From assembly GCA_963711835.1 (NCBI GenBank), contig CAVQFQ010000008.1, forward strand, positions 64,239-128,238: 64,000 bases of DNA, written 5' to 3'. Positions within the stretch are counted from its first letter, which is position 1. Each line of letters starts with the position of its first letter. Shown piece after piece: positions 30,270 through 39,315 of the stretch. The stretch is from an uncultured delta proteobacterium (lineage in GTDB: Bacteria; Desulfobacterota; RBG-13-43-22). The translations under genes were made by a program, and so were the position numbers. The notes below the pieces were generated by a model, which worked only from the letters and a program-made list of their open reading frames with translations, did no database searches and was not told the origin of the DNA.

Positions 30270-31628
30270 ATGATGATGAGTGAAGTTCCGAAAATTTTAG
30301 TCGTGGATGATGAGCAGATTGTTCGGGAATCCCTGGCCAACTGGCTCAAGGAGGACGGCTACCAGGTCGAAACGGCTGAGAGCGGTCCTCAGGCCCTGGA
30401 ACGGATTCAATCGGCCTCGTTTCATATCGTCCTGCTGGATCTAAAAATGCCCGAGATGAACGGCATCCAGGTCCTGCAGGAAATAAAAAAGAACTTTTCC
30501 GACATTGAGGTGATTATCATGACCGCTTACGGCTCCATCCATACCGCCGTTGAAGCCATCAAGGAAGGGGCCTTCGATTATATTGTAAAACCGTTTGACC
30601 CGGAAGAGGTAGGTCTCTTGATCCGTAAGATCCTGGACCACAAGAATTTAGTCCTGGAAAATATCCTGCTGCGTCAAAAACTGGAGGAGAAATATGAATT
30701 TGAGGACCTGATCGGCAAGAGCGCGGTCATGCAAAACCTCTTTGGCTTGATCCGGAACGTGGCCCCCACCCAGGCCACCGTCCTGATTACCGGCGAATCG
30801 GGAACCGGAAAGGAACTGGTCGCCAAGGCCATTCACACCCTGAGCCCGCGCCGCTACCAGCCTTTTATCGCCCTGAGTTGCGGCGCCCTGCCCGATACCC
30901 TTTTGGAAAGCGAACTTTTCGGCTATGAGAAAGGGGCCTTTACCGGGGCCGGGCATACCAAGAAAGGACGATTTGAATTGGCCGACGGAGGCACCCTGTT
31001 TCTGGATGAGATCGGTGAGATCTCCTTAAAGACCCAGATCGATCTGCTGCGGGTCCTGCAGGAGAAGGAATTCCGCCGCCTGGGAGGGACCGAGGTCATC
31101 AAAGTCGACGTGCGCATCATTTCCGCCACCAACCGCGATCTTCCGGAAGCCTTGCGTCAGGGCATTTTCCGGGGCGATCTTTTTTACCGTTTGAATGTGG
31201 TCGCCATCCCCCTGCCCCCGCTTCGGGATCGGAAGGAGGATATCCCGCTTTTGGCCAAACATTTCCTGAAACGGTATGCCATCGAAATCAACAAAAAGGT
31301 GGACCGCCTGGAGCCCCGGGCCTTGGAGAGCCTGATGAATTACAACTGGCCGGGCAATGTCCGGGAATTGGAGAACGCCGTGGAAAGGGCGGTGGTTATC
31401 AGCCAGAGCCGCGAATTAACGGAAAAAGATTTTGCCTTCCTCCAATCCGGCCCGACCCCTCTTGCGGAAGGAGGGATCAAAAATCTCCAGGAACTGGAAC
31501 GGCTTCATGTCCTGAGGGTCCTGGATGAAAATCATTGGAATATCTCCAAGTCGGCCTCTGAATTGGGCATAGATCGGGTCACGCTTTACAATAAAATAAA
31601 AAAATACGGCCTTGAAAGAAATCCATAA
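30270..31628 (+). CDS. Sigma-54-dependent response regulator (NtrC/AtoC family)
   Basis: Receiver (VVDD, LLDLKMP), GESGTGKE, GAFTGA and a Fis-type HTH. Confidence 0.96.
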   Translation: MMMSEVPKILVVDDEQIVRESLANWLKEDGYQVETAESGPQALERIQSASFHIVLLDLKMPEMNGIQVLQEIKKNFSDIEVIIMTAYGSIHTAVEAIKEGAFDYIVKPFDPEEVGLLIRKILDHKNLVLENILLRQKLEEKYEFEDLIGKSAVMQNLFGLIRNVAPTQATVLITGESGTGKELVAKAIHTLSPRRYQPFIALSCGALPDTLLESELFGYEKGAFTGAGHTKKGRFELADGGTLFLDEIGEISLKTQIDLLRVLQEKEFRRLGGTEVIKVDVRIISATNRDLPEALRQGIFRGDLFYRLNVVAIPLPPLRDRKEDIPLLAKHFLKRYAIEINKKVDRLEPRALESLMNYNWPGNVRELENAVERAVVISQSRELTEKDFAFLQSGPTPLAEGGIKNLQELERLHVLRVLDENHWNISKSASELGIDRVTLYNKIKKYGLERNP

Positions 31629-31675
31629 AAGAGATCGCCATAGAACCCGTTATTCACCTATTACCTATTGGGGAA

Positions 31676-32203
31676 ATGCCGGAGGACGTCCTCTTGGCTG
31701 TTTTTGATGCGATTCCGAAGGCCTTTGGCCTCCCCTGTCTTATCAGTCCTGCCCTTCGCCTACCCCCCCAGACCTTTGACCCTCAAAGGAACCAATACTA
31801 TGCCACGGCTATCCTGAAGAAGGTCCTCAAGCACCTCCCTAAGAATGCCTTAAAAATTCTCGCGATTACCACGGTGGACCTTTTTATCCCCATCATGAAA
31901 TTCATCTTTGGCGAGGCCCAGTTCGAGGGCCGGGCCGCCCTCTTTTCTACCTATCGTCTCCGCCCTGAATTTTACGGCTTCGACCCCGATCGCCGTCTTC
32001 TGCTTGGCCGTTCTTCGAAAGAGGCGGTCCACGAGTTGGGCCACACTTTCGGTTTGACCCATTGTTTTAATCCGGAGTGCGTCATGCATTCCTCCTCTCT
32101 GATCCAGGAAACCGACCGGAAAGGAGCCGTATTGTGTCCTACCTGTCGGGAGCTTTTTGAATGGACCTGGGCCAAAAAAGATAATCCGGTTGATTCCCCC
32201 TGA
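31676..32203 (+). CDS. Archaemetzincin family Zn metalloprotease
   Basis: RNQY, FIFGEA and HELGHTFGLTHCxxxxCVM...D.K...LCxxC. The true start may be about 12 codons upstream (ATA 31640). Confidence 0.92.
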   Translation: MPEDVLLAVFDAIPKAFGLPCLISPALRLPPQTFDPQRNQYYATAILKKVLKHLPKNALKILAITTVDLFIPIMKFIFGEAQFEGRAALFSTYRLRPEFYGFDPDRRLLLGRSSKEAVHELGHTFGLTHCFNPECVMHSSSLIQETDRKGAVLCPTCRELFEWTWAKKDNPVDSP

Positions 32204-32257
32204 ATCATCTGATAGAGATACGTCAGAGTCGAAACGAATAGGTTTTCAGGAGCGCCA

Positions 32258-33100
32258 ATGGTCCGAGAAATTGAGGTTGCCGCCGTCACCCAAGCCGTAA
32301 AAGCGTTATCCATAGAAGCCAATGAAGTCCTGGGCGAGGATGTGCTGAATTGTTTTCAGAAGGCCTTTCGAAACGAAGAATCCCCGGTCGGCCGGGAACT
32401 TTTAGGGCAACTGATTGAAAATGCCCGGATCGCCCGGGAAGAGCGGGTACCCATCTGCCAGGATACCGGGTTGGCCGTTATTTTTCTCGAAATCGGCCAG
32501 GATGTCCACCTGGTGGGCGGAGATCTGAAAGAGGCTGTTCATCAAGGGGTCCGGGAGGGCTACGGAGAAGGTTACCTGCGAAAATCCTCCTGCCATCCCT
32601 TTACCCGGGCCAACACCGGCGACAATACCCCGGCGGTAATCTATTCGGATATCGTGCCCGGAGACCGATTGAAAATCTGGGTGGTTCCCAAGGGGGGGGG
32701 AAGTGAAAACATGAGCCGTCTCTTTATGCTCCCTCCTTCAGCCGGACTGGCCGGTGTCAAAGAGAAGATTGTAGAAACGGTTAAAGAGGCCGGACCCAAC
32801 CCCTGCCCTCCGACCATTATCGGTGTCGGTATCGGAGGGACCTTTGAACAGTCCGCCCTGCAGGCCAAGAAGTCCCTGCTCCGACCCCTGGGCAGCCCTA
32901 ACCCGGATCCGGAGTTGGACCACCTGGAAAAGGAAATCTTAGGTCTGATCAATAGGCTGGGAATCGGCCCCCAGGGATTGGGAGGACGAACCACTTCCCT
33001 GGCGGTCCATATCCGGCTTCTGCCCTGTCATATTGCCAGCCTGCCCGTGGCGGTTAATGTCCAGTGCCATGCCAGCCGGCATAAGGAGACGGTCCTTTAG
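32258..33100 (+). CDS. Fe-S fumarate hydratase / tartrate dehydratase alpha subunit
   Basis: PICQDTG, KGGGSEN, GPNPCPP and CHIASLPVAVNVQCHA motifs. Confidence 0.95.
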   Translation: MVREIEVAAVTQAVKALSIEANEVLGEDVLNCFQKAFRNEESPVGRELLGQLIENARIAREERVPICQDTGLAVIFLEIGQDVHLVGGDLKEAVHQGVREGYGEGYLRKSSCHPFTRANTGDNTPAVIYSDIVPGDRLKIWVVPKGGGSENMSRLFMLPPSAGLAGVKEKIVETVKEAGPNPCPPTIIGVGIGGTFEQSALQAKKSLLRPLGSPNPDPELDHLEKEILGLINRLGIGPQGLGGRTTSLAVHIRLLPCHIASLPVAVNVQCHASRHKETVL

Positions 33101-33222
33101 TACGGGAAAACGTTCGGCGTTCAGGGTTCGGAGTTCGGGGAACCCATTTTTACACTTTTTTTGATTCCCCGCAGGAGCCTGGGGCAAGCCTTCTCTTCCA
33201 AAATTTTACTGGAGAAACTGCT

Positions 33223-33780
33223 ATGCCAAAAACTGTTTATTTAACCACCCCCCTGACCGATGAGATGGTCTCCTCCCTCGAAATCGGCGACCAGGTCCTG
33301 CTAAGCGGGATCATCTATACGGCCCGGGACGCGGCCCATAAACGTTTAATCGACCTCCTGGAGGCCGGAAAACCATTGCCCTTCGAGATCCAGGGGCAAG
33401 TAATTTACTATGTCGGGCCTTCTCCGGCAAAACCGGGGCGGGTTATCGGGGCCGCCGGGCCAACCACCAGCTACCGGATGGACCCTTATGCCCCGAAGCT
33501 TCTGGAATTAGGATTAAAAGGTATGATCGGCAAGGGCAAACGCTCTCCGGCAGTAAAAGAGGCCCTGATGAAACATCAAGCCGTCTATTTGGGGGCCACC
33601 GGCGGGGCCGGGGCCTTGATTTCGAAGTCCATCAAGGCCTCGGAGGTCATTGCCTATGATGAATTGGGACCCGAAGCCATCCGCCGGATGCGGGTCGAAA
33701 ACCTGCCGACCATTGTCATCAATGATACCCGGGGAGGGGATCTCTATGAGGAGGGAATAAGGCGCTATCAGCAGGTCTAA
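33223..33780 (+). CDS. Fe-S fumarate hydratase beta subunit
   Basis: TARDAAHKR, GPTTSYRMD, IGKG and LGPEA motifs. Confidence 0.95.
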   Translation: MPKTVYLTTPLTDEMVSSLEIGDQVLLSGIIYTARDAAHKRLIDLLEAGKPLPFEIQGQVIYYVGPSPAKPGRVIGAAGPTTSYRMDPYAPKLLELGLKGMIGKGKRSPAVKEALMKHQAVYLGATGGAGALISKSIKASEVIAYDELGPEAIRRMRVENLPTIVINDTRGGDLYEEGIRRYQQV

Positions 33781-33939
33781 CTATTCCTTCAGCCCTCAAA
33801 ATTCTTTCTTGAAAAAAGAAATTAATCAATATATAGTGGTTAAGAATTCCTTAGGCCCTTTATATTGTCCTGAGGACGGTCTTTCGTTTTGGTTAGGGGG
33901 TTTCCCATGCTAATTCTTAAACCAAAGGAGGGCTCCAAA

Positions 33940-34443
33940 ATGTCCCAAAGAAATTTCAATCAAAAAAAGGGGGGATGGAGGCCAGTCCTCGGTGTCTTCG
34001 GGTCTTTTTTGCTCCTGCTGACTTTAGGTTGCAGCCAAAATTCCAGCTCCAGCAGCGGCACTACCACCGGTTCCGGCGGTTATAGCGGCGGCTCCGGCTC
34101 CGGTTGGGTGGTAACCGTCACTCCTGCCCAGACCACCCTGCCGGTTTCGGTTTTCAGCTCCATTGTCACCCTGAGTACCACTACCGTAGTAATTGCCATC
34201 CGGGATTCATCCGGGGCCTTCCCTCCCGAAAGTTCCGTAGTCTCTCTAACCTGTTCCAGCGGTGCCTTTGGATTTGCAGGTACCGATTACAGCCGGCCGG
34301 TCACTTCCAAATCAGTCACCATCATTAGAGGGCAAGCCGTCGTTGATTTTATTGCCGGAGCTACCCAAGGCCTGGCCAGCATCAATGCCCTCTTTCAGGG
34401 AGTCAGCGGAACAGCCACCATCAGTATTATTCTAAGAGAATAA
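33940..34443 (+). CDS. Lipoprotein with Ser/Gly linker and probable Ig-like domain
   Basis: SD aaggagg and ATG 33940, lipobox LTLGC, SSSSSGTTTGSGG linker and a beta-rich C-terminus. Confidence 0.7.
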   Translation: MSQRNFNQKKGGWRPVLGVFGSFLLLLTLGCSQNSSSSSGTTTGSGGYSGGSGSGWVVTVTPAQTTLPVSVFSSIVTLSTTTVVIAIRDSSGAFPPESSVVSLTCSSGAFGFAGTDYSRPVTSKSVTIIRGQAVVDFIAGATQGLASINALFQGVSGTATISIILRE

Positions 34444-34554
34444 GGAAAACCAAAAGATTCCGAAGGCGACGGGGACCGACAACCAACCGACCTGCCGTCA
34501 GGGAATGTTTTTGCCTGCCGGTTTCCGCGGCTGAGCCTATAATTGTGCCCGGAA

Positions 34555-35151
34555 TTAGAGCGCTTGCAGAAAATCCCGATCCGCGAACATCGTCTCGATC
34601 AGATCAAGCATCGAATCACTGAAGCTCTCATTATAATTGTCCTGGGAAAGGCTGCGACCAAAGCGCCTGGAGGAGCCGGCATAGGTTTTATTTAAGAGCA
34701 CCTTCCCGGCCTGGTCTTTGACCAGCACTTTCAGTCGGACCACCGTTTCATAGGACCGGGTCTCCAGGGACCAAAACCTGATGATGGCGCCGCTGATGAT
34801 CCTATTGGCCTGATTCGGGCCCTCGGCCAAGGAAAAACCCATTCCCTGAAATTCCTTTCTGAAAGCCGTGGCCACGAGCTGAGCGGGCCCTTCCAAATCC
34901 GAAGTCAGGATCCGGGTGGTATTGCCTTTTTCTTGATTTTCCCCAACCTGTTCCGGCTGACCGGTTTCATTCTTGAAGACCTCGAAAAAAATCTTTGACC
35001 CCGGGGTCGTAGCCGGTCCTTTTTTAATAATGGCAGTCGGTTTGAATTTGACCTGGATCGTCTTTTTTTCCTCTTCGCCGCCCCAGGCAGTCAAAGGAAT
35101 AATAACAGCCAGCCCCAACAATACTATAGTAATCCTGCCGATCAGCCTCAT
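34555..35151 (-). CDS. Secreted hypothetical protein (possibly YajG-like fold)
   Basis: Signal peptide MRLIGRITIVLLGLAVIIPLTAWG with SD ggaggg; the family guess is weak. Confidence 0.65.
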   Translation of the reverse strand: MRLIGRITIVLLGLAVIIPLTAWGGEEEKKTIQVKFKPTAIIKKGPATTPGSKIFFEVFKNETGQPEQVGENQEKGNTTRILTSDLEGPAQLVATAFRKEFQGMGFSLAEGPNQANRIISGAIIRFWSLETRSYETVVRLKVLVKDQAGKVLLNKTYAGSSRRFGRSLSQDNYNESFSDSMLDLIETMFADRDFLQAL

Positions 35152-35342
35152 AGTTTGCCCTCCTTTTGTTTTCTTCCTTGATAAATCCATCCGATCATTT
35201 TGTCAATTTATCTTTTCTCCTTTACCTTATTCTATCCGCTTGATGATTTGAAAGCCTGCCGGGGTCTCCTATGGACCCCCCTTCCCAATCAGCCGGATCA
35301 GGGCTGAGAAACCCGGTATCAATTTAGCTTTTTATAAAATTT

Positions 35343-35503
35343 TTGGCACGGATTTCACGGATTCCACTATGCTTGATTTTCCCCCTGCGGAAGGACCGCA
35401 GGGGGAAAATCATCCAGCCGCCGGAGGCCGGAAGGCAAGGGATTGGCAACATTGCAAATCCCTTTCATAACTCAACCGTGTTTATCCGTGAAATCCGTGC
35501 CAA
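35343..35503. repeat. Nested palindromic element (20-bp perfect terminal IR enclosing hairpins)
   Basis: ttggcacggatttcacggat (35343-35362) / atccgtgaaatccgtgccaa (35484-35503). Inner 17-bp perfect stem 35374-35412 and a further stem 35437-35464. Confidence 0.85.
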
Positions 35504-35562
35504 GAAAAATTAGCTTTGACAAATTTTCAAACACCTAACATGTTACTATAAAGAGTAAATCG

Positions 35563-36777
35563 TTATTCACAGATTTTTTCCTCATTCCAGCTCACCCGCA
35601 GCCTTTCAAATCCCCCTTGGCGGATGGCGCTGCGTATGGCTCCCATCAAGTTCTCCATAAAATGGAGATTATGGACCGCCGCCAGATAGACGGCCAGGGG
35701 TTCCCTGACCTGGAAGAGATGTCTCAGAAAGGCCCGTGAATGGTTCCGGCAACAAGGGCAGGCGCAATTTTCCTCAATGGGACGGGGATCCTTTTTAAAG
35801 GCCTCATTTAAAATGCGAAGCCTGAACCGTTTGGCCTCCCTGGCCAGGAAGGTCCCGGTGGCGGCCAGGCCTGTAGGAACAATGCAATCAAAAAGATCGC
35901 ATCCCCGGCGGACCACTTCAAAGATATCGTCCACCATACCCACCCCCAGAAGGTGGCGGGGCTTCTCCTCAGGGAGAAGGGGGATGGACCAGTCCAGGAC
36001 CTGGGCCATATCCCTCTTTGATTTTCCCAGGGAACCTCCGATAGCGTAGCCGTCAAAGCCTTGCCCGGCGATAAACCGGGCGCTTTCCTGTCTGAGGTCC
36101 TGAAAGGCTCCGCCCTGGACAATGCCGAATAAAGCCCGCCCGGCTGAAGGCTGGGCTTGAAACTCCCGTAGAGAACGTCCGGCCCAGCGGTGAGTTCGTT
36201 CCATAGCCTCCCGGGTTTCCCGGTAATCATGCAGCGGAGAGGTACATTCATCCAGGACCATGATCAGGTCGGCCCCGAGACTCAGCCCCCAGGTCACCAC
36301 TCCCTCCGGGGTAAGGCGATGAGGCGATCCATCCCGATAAGAGGTAAATTCAACACCTCCCTCGTCGATCTTTACCAGGGGTTTGCCTTTTGGGGCCTTG
36401 AGATGACCGCCCCGGTCCTGTTCTTCGGGAAAAATGGAGGCGATTTTTCCCACCCCATGCACTTTAGCGGCTCCCAGGCTGAACACCTGAAATCCGCCCG
36501 AGTCGATCATGATCGGCTTATCCCAACCCAGGAAGCGGTGCAGGCCTCCCATTTCCCTGATAAGATCTTCACCGGGTTGCAAATCCAAATGAAAGCAATT
36601 AGCAATAATGACCTGGACGCCTACCTGCTTCAGCTCGGATGCCGGTATATTTTTCACTGCACCCAGCGTGGCCACGGGAACAAAAGCCGGGGTATCAATG
36701 AGGCCATGAGGGGTGGTAATTCTCCCTGTCCTGGCCCGGCCTTCTTCGGCCAGAATTTCAAATGAAAATGGAGTCAT
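35563..36777 (-). CDS. tgt: tRNA-guanine transglycosylase
   Basis: TPAFVPVAT, DSGGFQVFSL, LDEC, GIVQG, PRHLLGVG, FDC and Zn site CACPCC...H. Confidence 0.95.
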   Translation of the reverse strand: MTPFSFEILAEEGRARTGRITTPHGLIDTPAFVPVATLGAVKNIPASELKQVGVQVIIANCFHLDLQPGEDLIREMGGLHRFLGWDKPIMIDSGGFQVFSLGAAKVHGVGKIASIFPEEQDRGGHLKAPKGKPLVKIDEGGVEFTSYRDGSPHRLTPEGVVTWGLSLGADLIMVLDECTSPLHDYRETREAMERTHRWAGRSLREFQAQPSAGRALFGIVQGGAFQDLRQESARFIAGQGFDGYAIGGSLGKSKRDMAQVLDWSIPLLPEEKPRHLLGVGMVDDIFEVVRRGCDLFDCIVPTGLAATGTFLAREAKRFRLRILNEAFKKDPRPIEENCACPCCRNHSRAFLRHLFQVREPLAVYLAAVHNLHFMENLMGAIRSAIRQGGFERLRVSWNEEKICE

Positions 36778-36968
36778 TGGATTTAGCCCGGCAGCCCTTC
36801 CTTCTCCTGAGACACATAGGTCCTCCTTTATTTTTTTTCCAGGTTATTCGCCCCGGTAAAATTGTCAAGGTGCTTTTTGGGGCTGCCTGCTTTTTGACCA
36901 GAATTCGCTTGACAGGGATGCCGGACCGTGTTTACCTTTTTTGTTTTTAATGGAAGGAGTCTTATTTT

Positions 36969-37685
36969 ATGAGAATCGATGGACGTAAACCGGACCAAAT
37001 GCGTCCGGTGCGCATACTACGCAATTTCATCAAGCATGCCGAGGGATCGGTCCTGATTCAGTTGGGAGAAACCAAAGTTATTTGCACCGCTTCCCTGGAG
37101 GAAAGGGTTCCTCCGTTTTTAAGAAATTCCGGGAAGGGCTGGATCAGCGCCGAATATTCCATGTTGCCCCGGTCGACCAAAACCAGAAAACCCCGCGAAG
37201 CCACCCAGGGCCGCATTGGAGGCCGGACCCATGAAATCCAGCGCCTGATCGGCCGTTCCCTGCGCTCCGTGGTGGACCTGAGCCTGCTCGGCGAGAGGAC
37301 TTTCTGGCTGGATTGTGATGTCATCCAGGCCGACGGCGGCACTCGAACCGCCGCCATCACCGGGGCCTATGTGGCCTTATATGATGCCATTGAGTACCTC
37401 AGAAAACAAATCTCCATTCCCCGAGACCCCATTCTCGATTCGGTGGCCGCCATCAGCGTCGGCCAGGTGAACGACCGGATCTATTTGGATCTGAATTACG
37501 AGGAGGATTCCAAGGCCGAGGTGGATTGTAATTTTGTCATGACCGGCCAAGGCCGTTTCATTGAAATCCAGGGTACGGCTGAAGGCCGGCCCTTTTCTAA
37601 AGAAGACTTTGAGAAGATGATGGAGACCGCCACCCTGGGGATCGACGCCCTGACGGCCCTACAACACCAGGTTCTTGGTTCATGA
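36969..37685 (+). CDS. rph: Ribonuclease PH
   Basis: [38 protein letters not shown] and EIQGTAE motifs. Confidence 0.97.
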   Translation: MRIDGRKPDQMRPVRILRNFIKHAEGSVLIQLGETKVICTASLEERVPPFLRNSGKGWISAEYSMLPRSTKTRKPREATQGRIGGRTHEIQRLIGRSLRSVVDLSLLGERTFWLDCDVIQADGGTRTAAITGAYVALYDAIEYLRKQISIPRDPILDSVAAISVGQVNDRIYLDLNYEEDSKAEVDCNFVMTGQGRFIEIQGTAEGRPFSKEDFEKMMETATLGIDALTALQHQVLGS

Positions 37686-38284
37686 CCCTGATCCTGGCCA
37701 CCGGGAACCAGGGCAAGGTCCGGGAGATCGTCACCGGTCTGGCCCTCCCCTCCCTGAGTTTTAAATCCCTGAACGATTTTTCCGGCCTTCCTGAAATCAT
37801 TGAGGACGGTCTTTCTTTCCTGGAAAATGCCCTGATAAAGGCCCGGACCATCAGCCGCCTCCTTGGGCTGCCGGTTCTGGCTGATGACTCGGGTCTGGAA
37901 GTGGATTTTCTTAAAGGCGCACCCGGGATCTGTTCGGCCCGCTTTGCCGGTCCGGAAGCCACGGACCGGGCCAACAATGAAAAACTTCTTTCCCTCATGC
38001 GGGACGTTCCGGACGATCAGAGGACGGCCCGATTCGTCTGCGTCATGGTCCTCACCCGCCCTTCCGGGGAATGGCTTCAGGCCGAAGGGATTTGCCGGGG
38101 CCTGATCACCCGGAGCCCCTTGGGCGATCAGGGTTTCGGGTATGACCCGGTTTTTTATCTGCCTGATTTTCAAAAAACCATGGCCCAATTGCCCCTGGAG
38201 ATAAAAAATAAAATCAGCCATCGGGCCCGGGCCCTGGAAAAAATCCGCCCTGGCCTGGCCGCCATGGTGGAGAACCTCGATTAA
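37682..38284 (+). CDS. rdgB: XTP/dITP diphosphatase
   Basis: [21 protein letters not shown] and KNKISHR; conserved rph-rdgB-tRNA-Pro order. Confidence 0.95.
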   Translation: MTLILATGNQGKVREIVTGLALPSLSFKSLNDFSGLPEIIEDGLSFLENALIKARTISRLLGLPVLADDSGLEVDFLKGAPGICSARFAGPEATDRANNEKLLSLMRDVPDDQRTARFVCVMVLTRPSGEWLQAEGICRGLITRSPLGDQGFGYDPVFYLPDFQKTMAQLPLEIKNKISHRARALEKIRPGLAAMVENLD

Positions 38285-38314
38285 TCAGGATGTTAGAGTA
38301 TTTTTCGTATTATA

Positions 38315-38452
38315 AAATCCGAATTTCGAAACACGAAATTCGAAATAAGCACGAAATTTCAAAATCCAAATAATCAAAATAAACCCGTTTCGAGTTTCGA
38401 AATTTGCTCATTTGAATTTGTTTCGGATTTCGATATTCGGATTTCGAAATTT
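38315..38452. repeat. AT-rich heptamer-periodic palindromic element, copy 2
   Basis: aaatccgaatttcgaaacacgaaattcgaaataagcacg...ttgtttcggatttcgatattcggatttcgaaattt; colinear similarity with 1408-1543. Confidence 0.8.
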
Positions 38453-38585
38453 ATTATGTTACTCGAACTTTTTTCTATCTGTCATCCGCTAAAAGTCACC
38501 CATATCCAGTATCAGCCATCAGGTATCGGGTATCCGGCATCTCCCTCTTGTCTTTACCGGGGGATTGTGATAGAAAAATAACCAT

Positions 38586-38663
<78 letters not shown>

Positions 38664-38771
38664 TTCGCAACCTGAGACCTCGGCCTCTTTGCGGCAACAG
38701 AAATCAAATTTCTTTTCCAAAAATACATCCCATGATTCCGGCCCCTAATCGGATTATCTGAATCGGATCCA

Positions 38772-39314
38772 ATGGCCATCATTCACGTTCCATTTCCCTT
38801 TTCCCTAAAAAGCAAGGCCCCTGGACAGGCCCTCCTCCTGATGGCTATCCTGGCCTTGATCAACCTGGCCGCCTGCCCGTCGGTGCATTCCTTCGAGCAG
38901 CCGGAGGTTTCCTTAAGGCAGGTCCAAATCATCCAGGTCTATCAAAATGCCGCAGATCTTCAGGCCACCCTTGAAATTTATAACCCCAACGCCATCGGGA
39001 CCCGCGCTACCGGATATTGGTATCAGATGGATGTGGAAGGGCAGAAATTGGCCATGGGGGAATCCAACCGGCCCTTCGACATACCGGCCCTGAAAACCTT
39101 TGTCCTGACCGTACCGGCCACCATCTATTTCCGGGACCTGACGGCACCGGCGGGCAAAAACCCCTTTCAGGACAATCTGTCCTATCTCTTCTTCGGCCGG
39201 ATCTATCTGGACACCTTTTTCGGAAAAACCACCCTGCCCTTTTCCCATCAGGGCGTTTTCAACCTCTCTGATTATCTGAGGGATCAAACCCGCCGACTCT
39301 TCCAGGGGCTCTAA
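38772..39314 (+). CDS. LEA type 2 (WHy domain) lipoprotein
   Basis: Lipobox-like LAAC, PEVSL and the LEIYNPN signature. Confidence 0.8.
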   Translation: MAIIHVPFPFSLKSKAPGQALLLMAILALINLAACPSVHSFEQPEVSLRQVQIIQVYQNAADLQATLEIYNPNAIGTRATGYWYQMDVEGQKLAMGESNRPFDIPALKTFVLTVPATIYFRDLTAPAGKNPFQDNLSYLFFGRIYLDTFFGKTTLPFSHQGVFNLSDYLRDQTRRLFQGL

Positions 39315-39315
39315 G

